From positions 1 to 38,064 of IMG/VR virus record IMGVR_UViG_3300012952_000043: a DNA stretch of 38,064 nucleotides; one strand, given 5' to 3'. This document shows positions 20,116-28,071 of this stretch, piece after piece. The first letter of the stretch is position 1. Each line of letters begins with the position of its first letter. The notes below the pieces were generated by a model. The model ran no database searches. It was given only the letters and a program-made list of their open reading frames with translations, and was not told the DNA's origin. The DNA is from a virus. Its lineage: Duplodnaviria; Caudoviricetes. A program made the position numbers and the translations under genes.

Positions 20116-23100
20116 ATGGCCGAGCCTAAGACTACTACAAAATTAAATCAGGCTGTCGAAGACTTAGGGCGTTACTTTAATGTCAGGTCAAAGAGTGCGT
20201 TTGTCAATATGTTGATTGACATGGAAGAGAGCCCCAGCGTCGCTAATGCTTCTGAGACAGCTGATGCATTAAATCGGTTATTAGAAAAACCTCCTGAGCA
20301 TAAAATAGGCGAATTGTTTTTACAGGCTACTGAGGGTGGCTTATTTACGTATGAGTTGCTTGATATTCTTAAAGAAGAGTTGGCTGGTGAGCATGCATCA
20401 AAAATAGCAGAGCTACTGAATATCACTTTTGAACCAGCAGCTATAGCAGAAAAGGGCTGCGGAGCTATTGCACGCCCTATCCCGATTGCTCAACCTGACA
20501 CTTCTAGAACCGGCCATTGGGGCGGTGCCTTTTTTGAACCCTATGATTATCTGGATAAAGAAATTGAGTGGGACTCTGCCGTAATAGACCCAACCACTGT
20601 CGGACCATATACCCCCAGTATTCGAAATTTATTTTGGTGTCAGGAAATGGTTGATGCAATGGTTGAAAAAGACGGCGATAGTGCATTAACAAAATATGAT
20701 ATAATTGGCCGGGATGATAATGCAGAAAATGCAGATCGAGATGATGCATTTATGGGCTTAGGTATTAATTCAGCAGAGTTTCTAGATGATCCGGATAATA
20801 TAACACCAGTAGTTACTTGTTTTGATATTAAGGATCCACAGTTAACTCCGGCTAATCGAGACTCTGGTGTTGTTGCAGTTTTTATGAACTTCGTTCCATC
20901 TGTTGAAATGTCAAGGTGCCAACCGTATTTAGATATTCAGATTGTAAGTAAGCGACCTCCTGTTTTTGGCGCACAAGAGAAAATCGATTCCTTATCCCTA
21001 GCCCAGTTTTTAATGGGTAATGTTGACATGAAAGACAAGGCAGGGACTGCTGATTATATTATCACAAAGGCAACCAACGCTAGTATTTTAGGATCTGGAA
21101 TGTACCGTGATGATCCAGACACTGAGGATGTTGATGAAGGAGAAAGACTGGCCACCGCCGGAATGGAGATATTTACATCTCCGCAGATGATGGTTAATGC
21201 TGATGATACTGATTTTGCTATACCGGACAACTTACATTCGGATGGTTCTGATACAGATGCCGGTGGCATTGCGTCTGCACGTGCTGCTAGGGTTATTGAT
21301 AAGTTTCGTCCCCTTGCATCCTTAAATAATTTTACTGTTGATGTAACACCATCTGGCGGAATGATGTCGCATAAAACTGCGAAGCTCCAGATTACCCTGC
21401 ATGATCGCTCTCGGTTGGCAGAATTAGGGGAGTTTATTAAGCCTGATCTTTATGGTAGCACCGAGCTGTTGATTGAATACGGCTGGATGCACCCAGATGG
21501 TCTTCACTTGGCTGGAGACAATACTGACAATCCTTTTGCAACGCTATTAAACTCAATGCGTGTAGTCGAGAAGTATAAAATCGTTAATTCTGAATTTAGC
21601 TTTGATGAAGTCGGCCAGGTCGAGATAGGGGTTTCTCTTTCTATGATGGGGATCATGAGCTTTGATACCTCTGATATATCTAAGGGCCCCGGTGTTAAAG
21701 ACGCGCTGAAAGAAGTTAATGACTTATTTACAGTTATCCGCCGAGTCAGAAGGCAAATGCAACCGCAAGGTGAGTCAGGATCTTCAAATGCGACTGGGGA
21801 AACCTGGCTGAATAGTGTTTCTTCAATGTCTGGAATTAATGGACTAGATAATGAAACCAGAAATGCAATGAATGCATGGAGAAGAAGCCAACGTGTTAAT
21901 AGTGCTGATGACAGCTCAAGTACTGGAGAGCTCCGTGATGCTTTAGATAGTTTGCTCGGTGACAGTGCCGGCGAGGGAGGCGCAATGGCTCGACTAGATG
22001 CTACAATTGATGCTGCATTAGGGTGGAAAAAAGAACATCTAAAATCCAGTCATTCAGGGGATCCATGGTGGAAACCGATTCATCCTGATAATAATAACTA
22101 CTGCAAGGTAAGAATTAGTTGTTGTGATCAACGGAGTGATCCCCACCTGTCAGGATCCGACCAGCGGGCCAACGGTTCAATGCCCAGCCACTTTAGTAGA
22201 ATGCCAAAATTTGTTTCCCTAGGGAAGCTCTTAATGACGTACGTTGCCGGGCCGCTAGCGATGGATGCGAAGTTTGATGAAATACAATGGTTTTTCTATC
22301 CGTTTAATGAAGATGCTTCATTTATGAGAAACCGACAAATATCAGAGTTTCCAATAAACGTTGAGAAGTTTGAAGCAGAGTTAGAGAAATTGACTGAACA
22401 ATCTGCTTATATTCCTTTACGTAGGTTCTTGGGAATGTTACAGAGAAAGTTTGTTGGGAATATTGATAACGAAGCGTATGGTCTAACTGATCTATATACA
22501 ACAGATGATGAAGGTAACCGCCAATTGAGGGAACAATATACGGACGGAAACAATCCGGATGCTCTTCATGATGAGAAAAATAAAAGACTTGCATATGCAT
22601 ATCACGGCGACGAGACGGTAACATCAAGCCCTCTCAAGTTTAAGAAGCCTAGAATAGGAATACATACCGAATGTATTCCTTCGATGAATGCTTCTGCAAG
22701 TGGGGTAGGGTCTAAGACTAGAACTATATTGAAGATTCATGTTTTTGATAAGGCTTGTTCGTCATACAGTAGTTGTCAGGATTTACTGCAAGCTTCTAGA
22801 AGTTCTAGCATGGGACAAATGAGTGATTCAGTAAGAGAGCAAAGAGTTGATTCAGGTACTATAACTACCTCTATGGCAAACCAAAGAAGAACCCAGGTTA
22901 TTGCAGCTGCGAATACGTCTGGCTTGCTTGAGGCATTTTCTTCAGATGAAGCAGGTAACGAACCAGTAATGTATAGAGTCGTAGGCGGATTCCCGAAGAT
23001 TAAGAATTTTATCCGAAGTATAATGCCAAGTATCATCTATGGTTCGGCAAATAGTGCTGTGCTAAGTGCAAATCTAGCTAGTATGAATGATCCACAAATG

Positions 23101-23445
23101 TCAACAATTATGATGATGCGCTCTGGTCATGGCGACGCAAGATCCCCGACTGGTACTCGAGCAGCTGGTCTTCCACTTAAGGTTGTTCCTGCGTCACTTG
23201 ATTTAGAGTTAGTAGGATGCCCTATTGTGTCTTTTGGTCAACAATTTTTTGTAGATTTTGGGACTGGGACAAACGTTGATAATGTTTATGCAATCGTTGG
23301 GATATCACATACGCTAGCGCAGGGTGAGTTTAAGACGAAATTAAAAATGACCCAATTAGATGCTTACGGTGCATACGAGTCAGCAATGAACGTTGTAACG
23401 CAGACGCTGCGAAATATTAGCGAAGCAGAAGATACATCATCTTAA
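20116..23445 (+). CDS. Putative baseplate hub protein (gp27/gpD-like), 1109 aa
   Basis: Follows the LysM-like gene. Internal LLIEYGW motif and C-terminal LELVGCPIVSFGQQFFVDF...YAIVGISHTLAQGEFKTKLKM resemble hub-protein beta-barrels. Confidence 0.6.
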   Translation: MAEPKTTTKLNQAVEDLGRYFNVRSKSAFVNMLIDMEESPSVANASETADALNRLLEKPPEHKIGELFLQATEGGLFTYELLDILKEELAGEHASKIAELLNITFEPAAIAEKGCGAIARPIPIAQPDTSRTGHWGGAFFEPYDYLDKEIEWDSAVIDPTTVGPYTPSIRNLFWCQEMVDAMVEKDGDSALTKYDIIGRDDNAENADRDDAFMGLGINSAEFLDDPDNITPVVTCFDIKDPQLTPANRDSGVVAVFMNFVPSVEMSRCQPYLDIQIVSKRPPVFGAQEKIDSLSLAQFLMGNVDMKDKAGTADYIITKATNASILGSGMYRDDPDTEDVDEGERLATAGMEIFTSPQMMVNADDTDFAIPDNLHSDGSDTDAGGIASARAARVIDKFRPLASLNNFTVDVTPSGGMMSHKTAKLQITLHDRSRLAELGEFIKPDLYGSTELLIEYGWMHPDGLHLAGDNTDNPFATLLNSMRVVEKYKIVNSEFSFDEVGQVEIGVSLSMMGIMSFDTSDISKGPGVKDALKEVNDLFTVIRRVRRQMQPQGESGSSNATGETWLNSVSSMSGINGLDNETRNAMNAWRRSQRVNSADDSSSTGELRDALDSLLGDSAGEGGAMARLDATIDAALGWKKEHLKSSHSGDPWWKPIHPDNNNYCKVRISCCDQRSDPHLSGSDQRANGSMPSHFSRMPKFVSLGKLLMTYVAGPLAMDAKFDEIQWFFYPFNEDASFMRNRQISEFPINVEKFEAELEKLTEQSAYIPLRRFLGMLQRKFVGNIDNEAYGLTDLYTTDDEGNRQLREQYTDGNNPDALHDEKNKRLAYAYHGDETVTSSPLKFKKPRIGIHTECIPSMNASASGVGSKTRTILKIHVFDKACSSYSSCQDLLQASRSSSMGQMSDSVREQRVDSGTITTSMANQRRTQVIAAANTSGLLEAFSSDEAGNEPVMYRVVGGFPKIKNFIRSIMPSIIYGSANSAVLSANLASMNDPQMSTIMMMRSGHGDARSPTGTRAAGLPLKVVPASLDLELVGCPIVSFGQQFFVDFGTGTNVDNVYAIVGISHTLAQGEFKTKLKMTQLDAYGAYESAMNVVTQTLRNISEAEDTSS

Positions 23446-23446
23446 A

Positions 23447-23475
23447 ATGAACACTTTAACATTTCCATATATTGT
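23447..23475 (+). promoter_or_regulatory. Putative sigma70-like promoter for the polymerase gene
   Basis: ATGAAC-17 nt-TATTGT, ending 6 nt before the ATG at 23482, so the transcript may be leaderless or nearly so. Confidence 0.35.
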
Positions 23476-23481
23476 TATGGT

Positions 23482-24699
23482 ATGATGATTTGTGTAAGCT
23501 CAGATGTCTTAGGGACAAAAAAGCACCTAACATACTGTGAGGGTATATACACATGGACAAACAGCATACCAAATGATGCTTGGGTCTATGGAGCACCCTC
23601 TGCTATCAGGAGCTTAGATTCTTTAATGGATTTAATGAACTTCGAAAAGCCATTAGTGCAGTCCCAATCTCATATTAGATCGTTTAAGTCTATTTTGCAA
23701 AACGATATACCTGAAATTCCGTGGCATGCCGTATTGCCTCCGGAAGAATTTCAAAAATCGTTAGTTAAGTTAATTTCTAGCCTCGAGAATGTCCTTGGGT
23801 GCTTTGCAAACAATAACTATAATAGCTTATTCATCGATGAGAGGAGATTCCTCCTAAGCCTATCACGTGCATTTGTGGATGGTTCATTATTGGCAGCTTA
23901 CATTAGAGATGAACAAAACCAAACTGTTAGGAGCACATTGACATCATTTAGGCCTCTCGCTGATTCGAAAGCCTTACCGATTAGATATAATCAGGCTTCC
24001 ACCCTTACCGGCCGGCTAACTGTACAGTCCGGCCCACAAGTCTTGATTCTCCCGAAGAAATATAGAGATATCATGAAATCTAGATTTGAAGGTGGCAAAA
24101 TAATGCAGATTGATTTTGTTTCACTGGAGCCTCGTGTTGCCAGGCTTGCTGCTGGTTATGAATCCGAACCCGATGTATACACCCAGCTTTCAAATGAGTT
24201 ATTTAATTCATCACTTACCAGAGAGCAATCAAAGATTGCAGTATTATGTGCATTGTATGGTGTGTCTAAATCTAGACTGTCTAAGATGTTAGGCAGAGAG
24301 TTTAATGCTTCGATTGTAATTGATAAGATTAAGGATTTTTTTGGGGTCCCTAAACTGCTTAAGTCAATTAAGCCTGAGCTAACTGTCAATGCAAAATTTC
24401 AAAATTATTTTGGGCGTTATATAGAGCCTGACCGAACGGATGACGGAGCCATCATTAATTACTACATTCAGTCATCAGCGACGGACACTGCATTACTTGG
24501 GTTTATTAACTTAAAGAAAGAAATTGATAAACTTAAACTTAGGTGCATTCCAACTTTTGTAATTCATGACGCGATGATTTTAGATGTACATCCAGATGAC
24601 CAGGAACAATTGTCAAGAATGTTAACAGGCGGAGTTGATATTTCTACATTGGGAAACTTTCCCGTCACTTTAAGTGTTATCAGCGGGTCAGGCGAATAA
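23482..24699 (+). CDS. polA: Truncated family A DNA polymerase (polymerase domain only), 405 aa
   Basis: TLTGRL at aa ~176, motif A IDFVSLEPRV, motif B REQSKIAVLCALYG, NYYIQSSATD and motif C IHDAMILD. No recognisable exonuclease motifs. Confidence 0.85.
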   Translation: MMICVSSDVLGTKKHLTYCEGIYTWTNSIPNDAWVYGAPSAIRSLDSLMDLMNFEKPLVQSQSHIRSFKSILQNDIPEIPWHAVLPPEEFQKSLVKLISSLENVLGCFANNNYNSLFIDERRFLLSLSRAFVDGSLLAAYIRDEQNQTVRSTLTSFRPLADSKALPIRYNQASTLTGRLTVQSGPQVLILPKKYRDIMKSRFEGGKIMQIDFVSLEPRVARLAAGYESEPDVYTQLSNELFNSSLTREQSKIAVLCALYGVSKSRLSKMLGREFNASIVIDKIKDFFGVPKLLKSIKPELTVNAKFQNYFGRYIEPDRTDDGAIINYYIQSSATDTALLGFINLKKEIDKLKLRCIPTFVIHDAMILDVHPDDQEQLSRMLTGGVDISTLGNFPVTLSVISGSGE

Positions 24700-24724
24700 T
24701 TAATTGTAGGGTAAAGAGGTTTTC

Positions 24725-25279
24725 ATGTCGAACTTAAAAGCAGAGCTATTTATTAGAAAACATATTCAAAGTATTCTCTTGCGGGAAGAAGAAGAGAAAA
24801 AAGAAGAAGAACAGTCACGAGGTCCTGGCAAGGTTTTTGGTGGTACCGGCCAAGGAAATTATCCTGCTTGGGTCAAAGAAATTTTTGCTGGTGAAGACGG
24901 AAGTACCGCTAAGGCTAAAAGATTAGCTGGCTCTAATCCAGGAAAGCTAATATCGAACCTTAAGGCTCAAAGAGGAAATGGCGATACAACACTAGATCGT
25001 GCAGTTGCTGTTGTTGATAGTGTTAGGACTTCCAATGATTCATTCAATAAAGCAATAGGCGAAGCCCAGAAAAGAGAATCTTCAGATGGTAGAACGGGAT
25101 ATTTTTATCCGAACGCTGGCCTTCCGCAAGACCGCCAGTCAACTCTGTTTGTATTTGATACTATTCGTGCAGCTGCCACAGTGGGCTATATTAAAATGAC
25201 AGGACATCTACGAGTTGAACCAACTGGTGGTGGAACCCTAGTATATCAGGTTCGAAATAATCAAGATCGTTGGGAATAG
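24725..25279 (+). CDS. Hypothetical protein, 184 aa (possible virion protein)
   Basis: ATG with GAGG SD; N-terminal LFIRKHIQSILLREEEE; preceded by a TAATTA motif. Confidence 0.7.
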   Translation: MSNLKAELFIRKHIQSILLREEEEKKEEEQSRGPGKVFGGTGQGNYPAWVKEIFAGEDGSTAKAKRLAGSNPGKLISNLKAQRGNGDTTLDRAVAVVDSVRTSNDSFNKAIGEAQKRESSDGRTGYFYPNAGLPQDRQSTLFVFDTIRAAATVGYIKMTGHLRVEPTGGGTLVYQVRNNQDRWE

Positions 25280-25281
25280 TT

Positions 25282-25310
25282 TTGTAAAAATTCTCTAGTT
25301 GTGATATAAT
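25282..25310 (+). promoter_or_regulatory. Putative sigma70-like promoter
   Basis: TTGTAA-17 nt-TATAAT with TGn (extended -10) upstream of the HD gene. Confidence 0.65.
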
Positions 25311-25335
25311 CTATTTGAACATTAGGAGAATTATT

Positions 25336-25932
25336 ATGTCTGAAGACATCGATTTTGAAGAACTGCAGTCCCGATGGGAGACTTATGACAATCTTTTGAG
25401 AAGGTTGTCTGATCATAATATCAATAAGGTATTAGATGATTTAGGGGAGAGGCTGGTCATGTGTCCAGCATCCACTCGCACTGATCAATATGGTTGTACT
25501 CCTGGTGGCTTAATTGAACATGCCCTTAAGGTAACTAGCACAATGAGGACACTGAATTCATCATTAGAGATGAATCTTTCGACGGCTTCAATTCTTAAGG
25601 TTGGGCTTCTTCATGAACTTGGCAAGGTCGGTGATCTTTCAAGGCGATACTTTACCGAACAGGACTCGAGCTGGCATAGAGAAAAGCTCGGGCAATTTTA
25701 TAAGTACAATGAAGATCTGAATAAAATGTCAGTTTCCCATAGAACATTGTGGCTTTTACAACACTACGGGGTTACGTTGGATAATGATGAGTGGTTGGCA
25801 GTTCAACTGGCATCTGGTTTTCACTTTGAAGAAAATCGATTCTATGTTGGCCATGAGCCTTCGCTAGCGTTACTACTTCAACAAGCTAAAGCTGTCGTTA
25901 TCCACCGAGATAAAAATGAAGAAGTACAATAA
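25336..25932 (+). CDS. HD-domain protein (YhaM-like) with degenerate metal ligands
   Basis: PAS...PGGLIEH and LLHELGKVG (HD replaced by HE). Start moved from 25315 to the ATG at 25336, which has an AGGAG SD. Confidence 0.75.
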   Translation: MSEDIDFEELQSRWETYDNLLRRLSDHNINKVLDDLGERLVMCPASTRTDQYGCTPGGLIEHALKVTSTMRTLNSSLEMNLSTASILKVGLLHELGKVGDLSRRYFTEQDSSWHREKLGQFYKYNEDLNKMSVSHRTLWLLQHYGVTLDNDEWLAVQLASGFHFEENRFYVGHEPSLALLLQQAKAVVIHRDKNEEVQ

Positions 25933-26233
25933 GCTAGTTAGAGATAAGATCCCTGAATTGATTCAGGCTGAAGGAAATACATGTGAGTATCATGTTGCTT
26001 CCCCTGAAGAATATCAGACCAAACTTTATGCTAAGTTGCTTGAAGAGCTTAATGAGTTTATTGAGACGCCGAATGTAGAAGAAGCTGCTGACATGTGGGA
26101 AGTGTTTTCTACTATCTGTATGTTGCATAAGCTAGACTTTACTGAAGTAGCAAGGGTTGCATTCCTGAAGTCTCAAAAGCGTGGTGCATTTAATAATCGT
26201 ATTATTCTTGAATCTGTGCAGGATAACCAGTAA
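25916..26233 (+). CDS. MazG-like / PRA-PH-like nucleoside triphosphate pyrophosphohydrolase, 105 aa
   Basis: YNKLVRDKIPELI, KLLEELNEF, EEAADMWEV and KRGAF are typical of this small house-cleaning NTP pyrophosphatase family. Confidence 0.85.
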   Translation: MKKYNKLVRDKIPELIQAEGNTCEYHVASPEEYQTKLYAKLLEELNEFIETPNVEEAADMWEVFSTICMLHKLDFTEVARVAFLKSQKRGAFNNRIILESVQDNQ

Positions 26234-26263
26234 GGAATATATTTATTCTGGTGAGGTAAAGAC

Positions 26264-26530
26264 ATGAAAAACTTGCTTAGACTATATATTCGTGAAGCCC
26301 TTCGTCGTTTAGTAGAGAAGGATGTTATTAGTGAGCCTGATGAAAGAGATGAAGAAAAACAAGATGAGATGAGTACTCTGGGTGGTACTACCGGTGGGGT
26401 AATTAGAGGCTCTACATCCGCGCTCGGCACTGGGCCAACCCATCCGGATAAGCCAGGCTCAAAGAAGAAAAAGAAAAAAAAGCCTGATGTTAATGCTCGA
26501 GCTTTTGGTGGTGGTGAATATAGTGAGTAA
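26264..26530 (+). CDS. Hypothetical protein, 88 aa
   Basis: GAGGT SD; MKNLLRLYIREAL leader, acidic patch, G/T-rich middle, poly-Lys tract. Confidence 0.7.
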   Translation: MKNLLRLYIREALRRLVEKDVISEPDERDEEKQDEMSTLGGTTGGVIRGSTSALGTGPTHPDKPGSKKKKKKKPDVNARAFGGGEYSE

Positions 26531-26792
26531 GCTAGAGAATATTAGAGATGGCTGGTTTAACTATATTAAGAGTGCTATCAACAAGAAGTCACTATCAAGT
26601 GAATTTCAGGAAGAAGCTGAGAAAAGAGCTTCAATTTGTACCGGTTGTCCAGAGCTGACTGTTGTGGCGTCCAAAGGACCTTTACGTGGTAGGTGCAAAA
26701 AGTGTGGTTGCACATTTCCAGCTATGATTTATGCACCAAAGAAGCGGTGCCCGATTGGAAAGTGGGATAAGTTTGAAAAAGATCAATCTTAA
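26523..26792 (+). CDS. Small Cys-rich putative zinc-binding protein (paralog A, DUF6171-like)
   Basis: KRASICTGC...CKKCGC...CPIGKW. Likely GTG start at 26523 overlapping the upstream stop. Confidence 0.7.
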   Translation: MSKLENIRDGWFNYIKSAINKKSLSSEFQEEAEKRASICTGCPELTVVASKGPLRGRCKKCGCTFPAMIYAPKKRCPIGKWDKFEKDQS

Positions 26793-27033
26793 AGATATTA
26801 AAGACGGGTGGACAAACTTATTTACGTCTTACTTTTCAATTAAGTCAACGTCATCTGAATTTAAGGAAGAGGTTGAAAAGCGTGCGAGTATCTGTAGAGA
26901 CTGCCCAGAGCTTAAACACACAATATTCCCAGAGTCAGTTGCACCCCTTAGGTTTAAGTGCGGAAAATGTTCGTGCTTTTTTCCTGCCGTAGTGTTCGCT
27001 CCGGATCATAAGTGCCCACTAGATAAGTGGTAG
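26773..27033 (+). CDS. Small Cys-rich putative zinc-binding protein (paralog B, DUF6171-like)
   Basis: KRASICRDC...CGKCSC...CPLDKW, colinear with paralog A. Start uncertain; TTG at 26773 matches the paralog length, while the ORF is open from 26731. Confidence 0.65.
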   Translation: MKKINLKDIKDGWTNLFTSYFSIKSTSSEFKEEVEKRASICRDCPELKHTIFPESVAPLRFKCGKCSCFFPAVVFAPDHKCPLDKW

Positions 27034-27039
27034 TTTTTC

Positions 27040-27068
27040 TTGTACATAAGCATATAACGTAGTATTCT
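27040..27068 (+). promoter_or_regulatory. Putative sigma70-like promoter for SSB
   Basis: TTGTAC-17 nt-TATTCT in the intergenic region upstream of the SSB gene. Confidence 0.55.
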
Positions 27069-27140
27069 TAACATGTGGTTGATACCACAGTAACAAACAG
27101 TTGAACTTTATACAGTTCGAAATTTAAGGAGTTAGAAAAA

Positions 27141-27965
27141 ATGGCAATCGATTTTGATGCAATTCGTAAGAAGCTGGGACAACTTTCCGGCACCAATAGT
27201 CGCCGCAATGTAATGTGGCGCCCAGAAGAAGGGGAGGAGCATACTGTTCGCCTGCTTTCCTTTGCTGATAATGATGGACAGCCCTTTAAGGAGCGCTGGT
27301 TCTATTATAACATCGGGAATAACCCTGGTCTTTTGGCCCCGAAGCAGTTTGGCGAACCTGATCCAATTCAGGACCTTATTAATACGCTACGGGATGATGG
27401 CTCAAAGGAGTCATATGAGCTAGCCAAGAAGCTTTACCCAAAGATGCGGTGTTATGCACCGGTTATCGTTCGAGGCGAAGAAGATAAGGGTGTACGTCTT
27501 TGGTCTTTTGGAAAGACAGTATATCAGTCTCTTCTTAATATTATGCTTGATGAAGACTATGGTGATATCACTTGCCCGACTGAGGGTCGCGATGTGAAGG
27601 TTGTTTGCACCAAGCCTCCAGGTCGGATGTGGGCTACAACTACTGTACGTCCTCGAGGCAAGGCTACTGCACTTTCTACTGACGCAGATCAGATTAAGAC
27701 CTGGACTGATAACGTTCCGAATCTAGATGACCTTTATACGCTCAAGACTTTTGATGAGCTGGAGAAGATTGTTAATGATTGGCTAAACGGTGAAGAAGAT
27801 ACCGATGGCACTACTCGGAATGCAACATCCAACTTTACTGAGTCGACAACTAAGACGACGACATCCTCAGCTACCACAGAGGATGATGCTACCACTGAGG
27901 CGACCGGCGCGTCGACGAAGTATAGAAGTCTAGATGATGCCTTCGCAGATCTTGAAGATCTATAG
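27141..27965 (+). CDS. Single-stranded DNA-binding protein (T4 gp32-like), 274 aa
   Basis: WRPEEG..TVRLL, PVIVRGEEDKGVRLWSFGKTVYQ, DYGDIT.P.EGRD, a T-rich linker and an acidic tail LDDAFADLEDL. Adjacent to recA. Confidence 0.85.
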   Translation: MAIDFDAIRKKLGQLSGTNSRRNVMWRPEEGEEHTVRLLSFADNDGQPFKERWFYYNIGNNPGLLAPKQFGEPDPIQDLINTLRDDGSKESYELAKKLYPKMRCYAPVIVRGEEDKGVRLWSFGKTVYQSLLNIMLDEDYGDITCPTEGRDVKVVCTKPPGRMWATTTVRPRGKATALSTDADQIKTWTDNVPNLDDLYTLKTFDELEKIVNDWLNGEEDTDGTTRNATSNFTESTTKTTTSSATTEDDATTEATGASTKYRSLDDAFADLEDL

Positions 27966-27988
27966 AGATTACTAAAACTTAATAAGAG

Positions 27989-28017
27989 AGGCAGGGGGAA
28001 CCCTGCCTTTTCTTTTT
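27989..28017 (+). terminator. Rho-independent terminator after SSB
   Basis: AGGCAGGG-GGAA-CCCTGCCT stem with a GNRA loop, followed by TTTCTTTTT. Confidence 0.9.
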
Positions 28018-28045
28018 GAACATTTAGCTACTTTATGGTTATATT
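28016..28045 (+). promoter_or_regulatory. Putative sigma70-like promoter for the recA-exonuclease-helicase-nrdJ run
   Basis: TTGAAC-18 nt-TATATT directly after the terminator. Confidence 0.45.
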
Positions 28046-28071
28046 CTAGTATCTACCGAAGGAACATTAAT

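Noticed and set aside
47-23445. Bacterial extracellular contractile injection system or tailocin (suggested by multiple sheaths)
   Set aside because: The module is contiguous with phage-type SSB, recombinase, helicase, exonuclease, NrdJ and ThyX genes, with no bacterial housekeeping context, so a phage genome fits better.
23482-26233. 2-aminoadenine (Z-base) system suggested by PolA + HD + MazG-like genes
   Set aside because: No PurZ is in the window, the HD protein looks inactive and YhaM-like, and the polymerase lacks an exonuclease domain. Cannot be excluded for the rest of the genome.
26222-26234. GATAACCAG(G)TAAG similarity with 37687-37700, both upstream of a late motif
   Set aside because: The first copy is the coding end of the MazG-like gene; with two imperfect copies, chance is likely.
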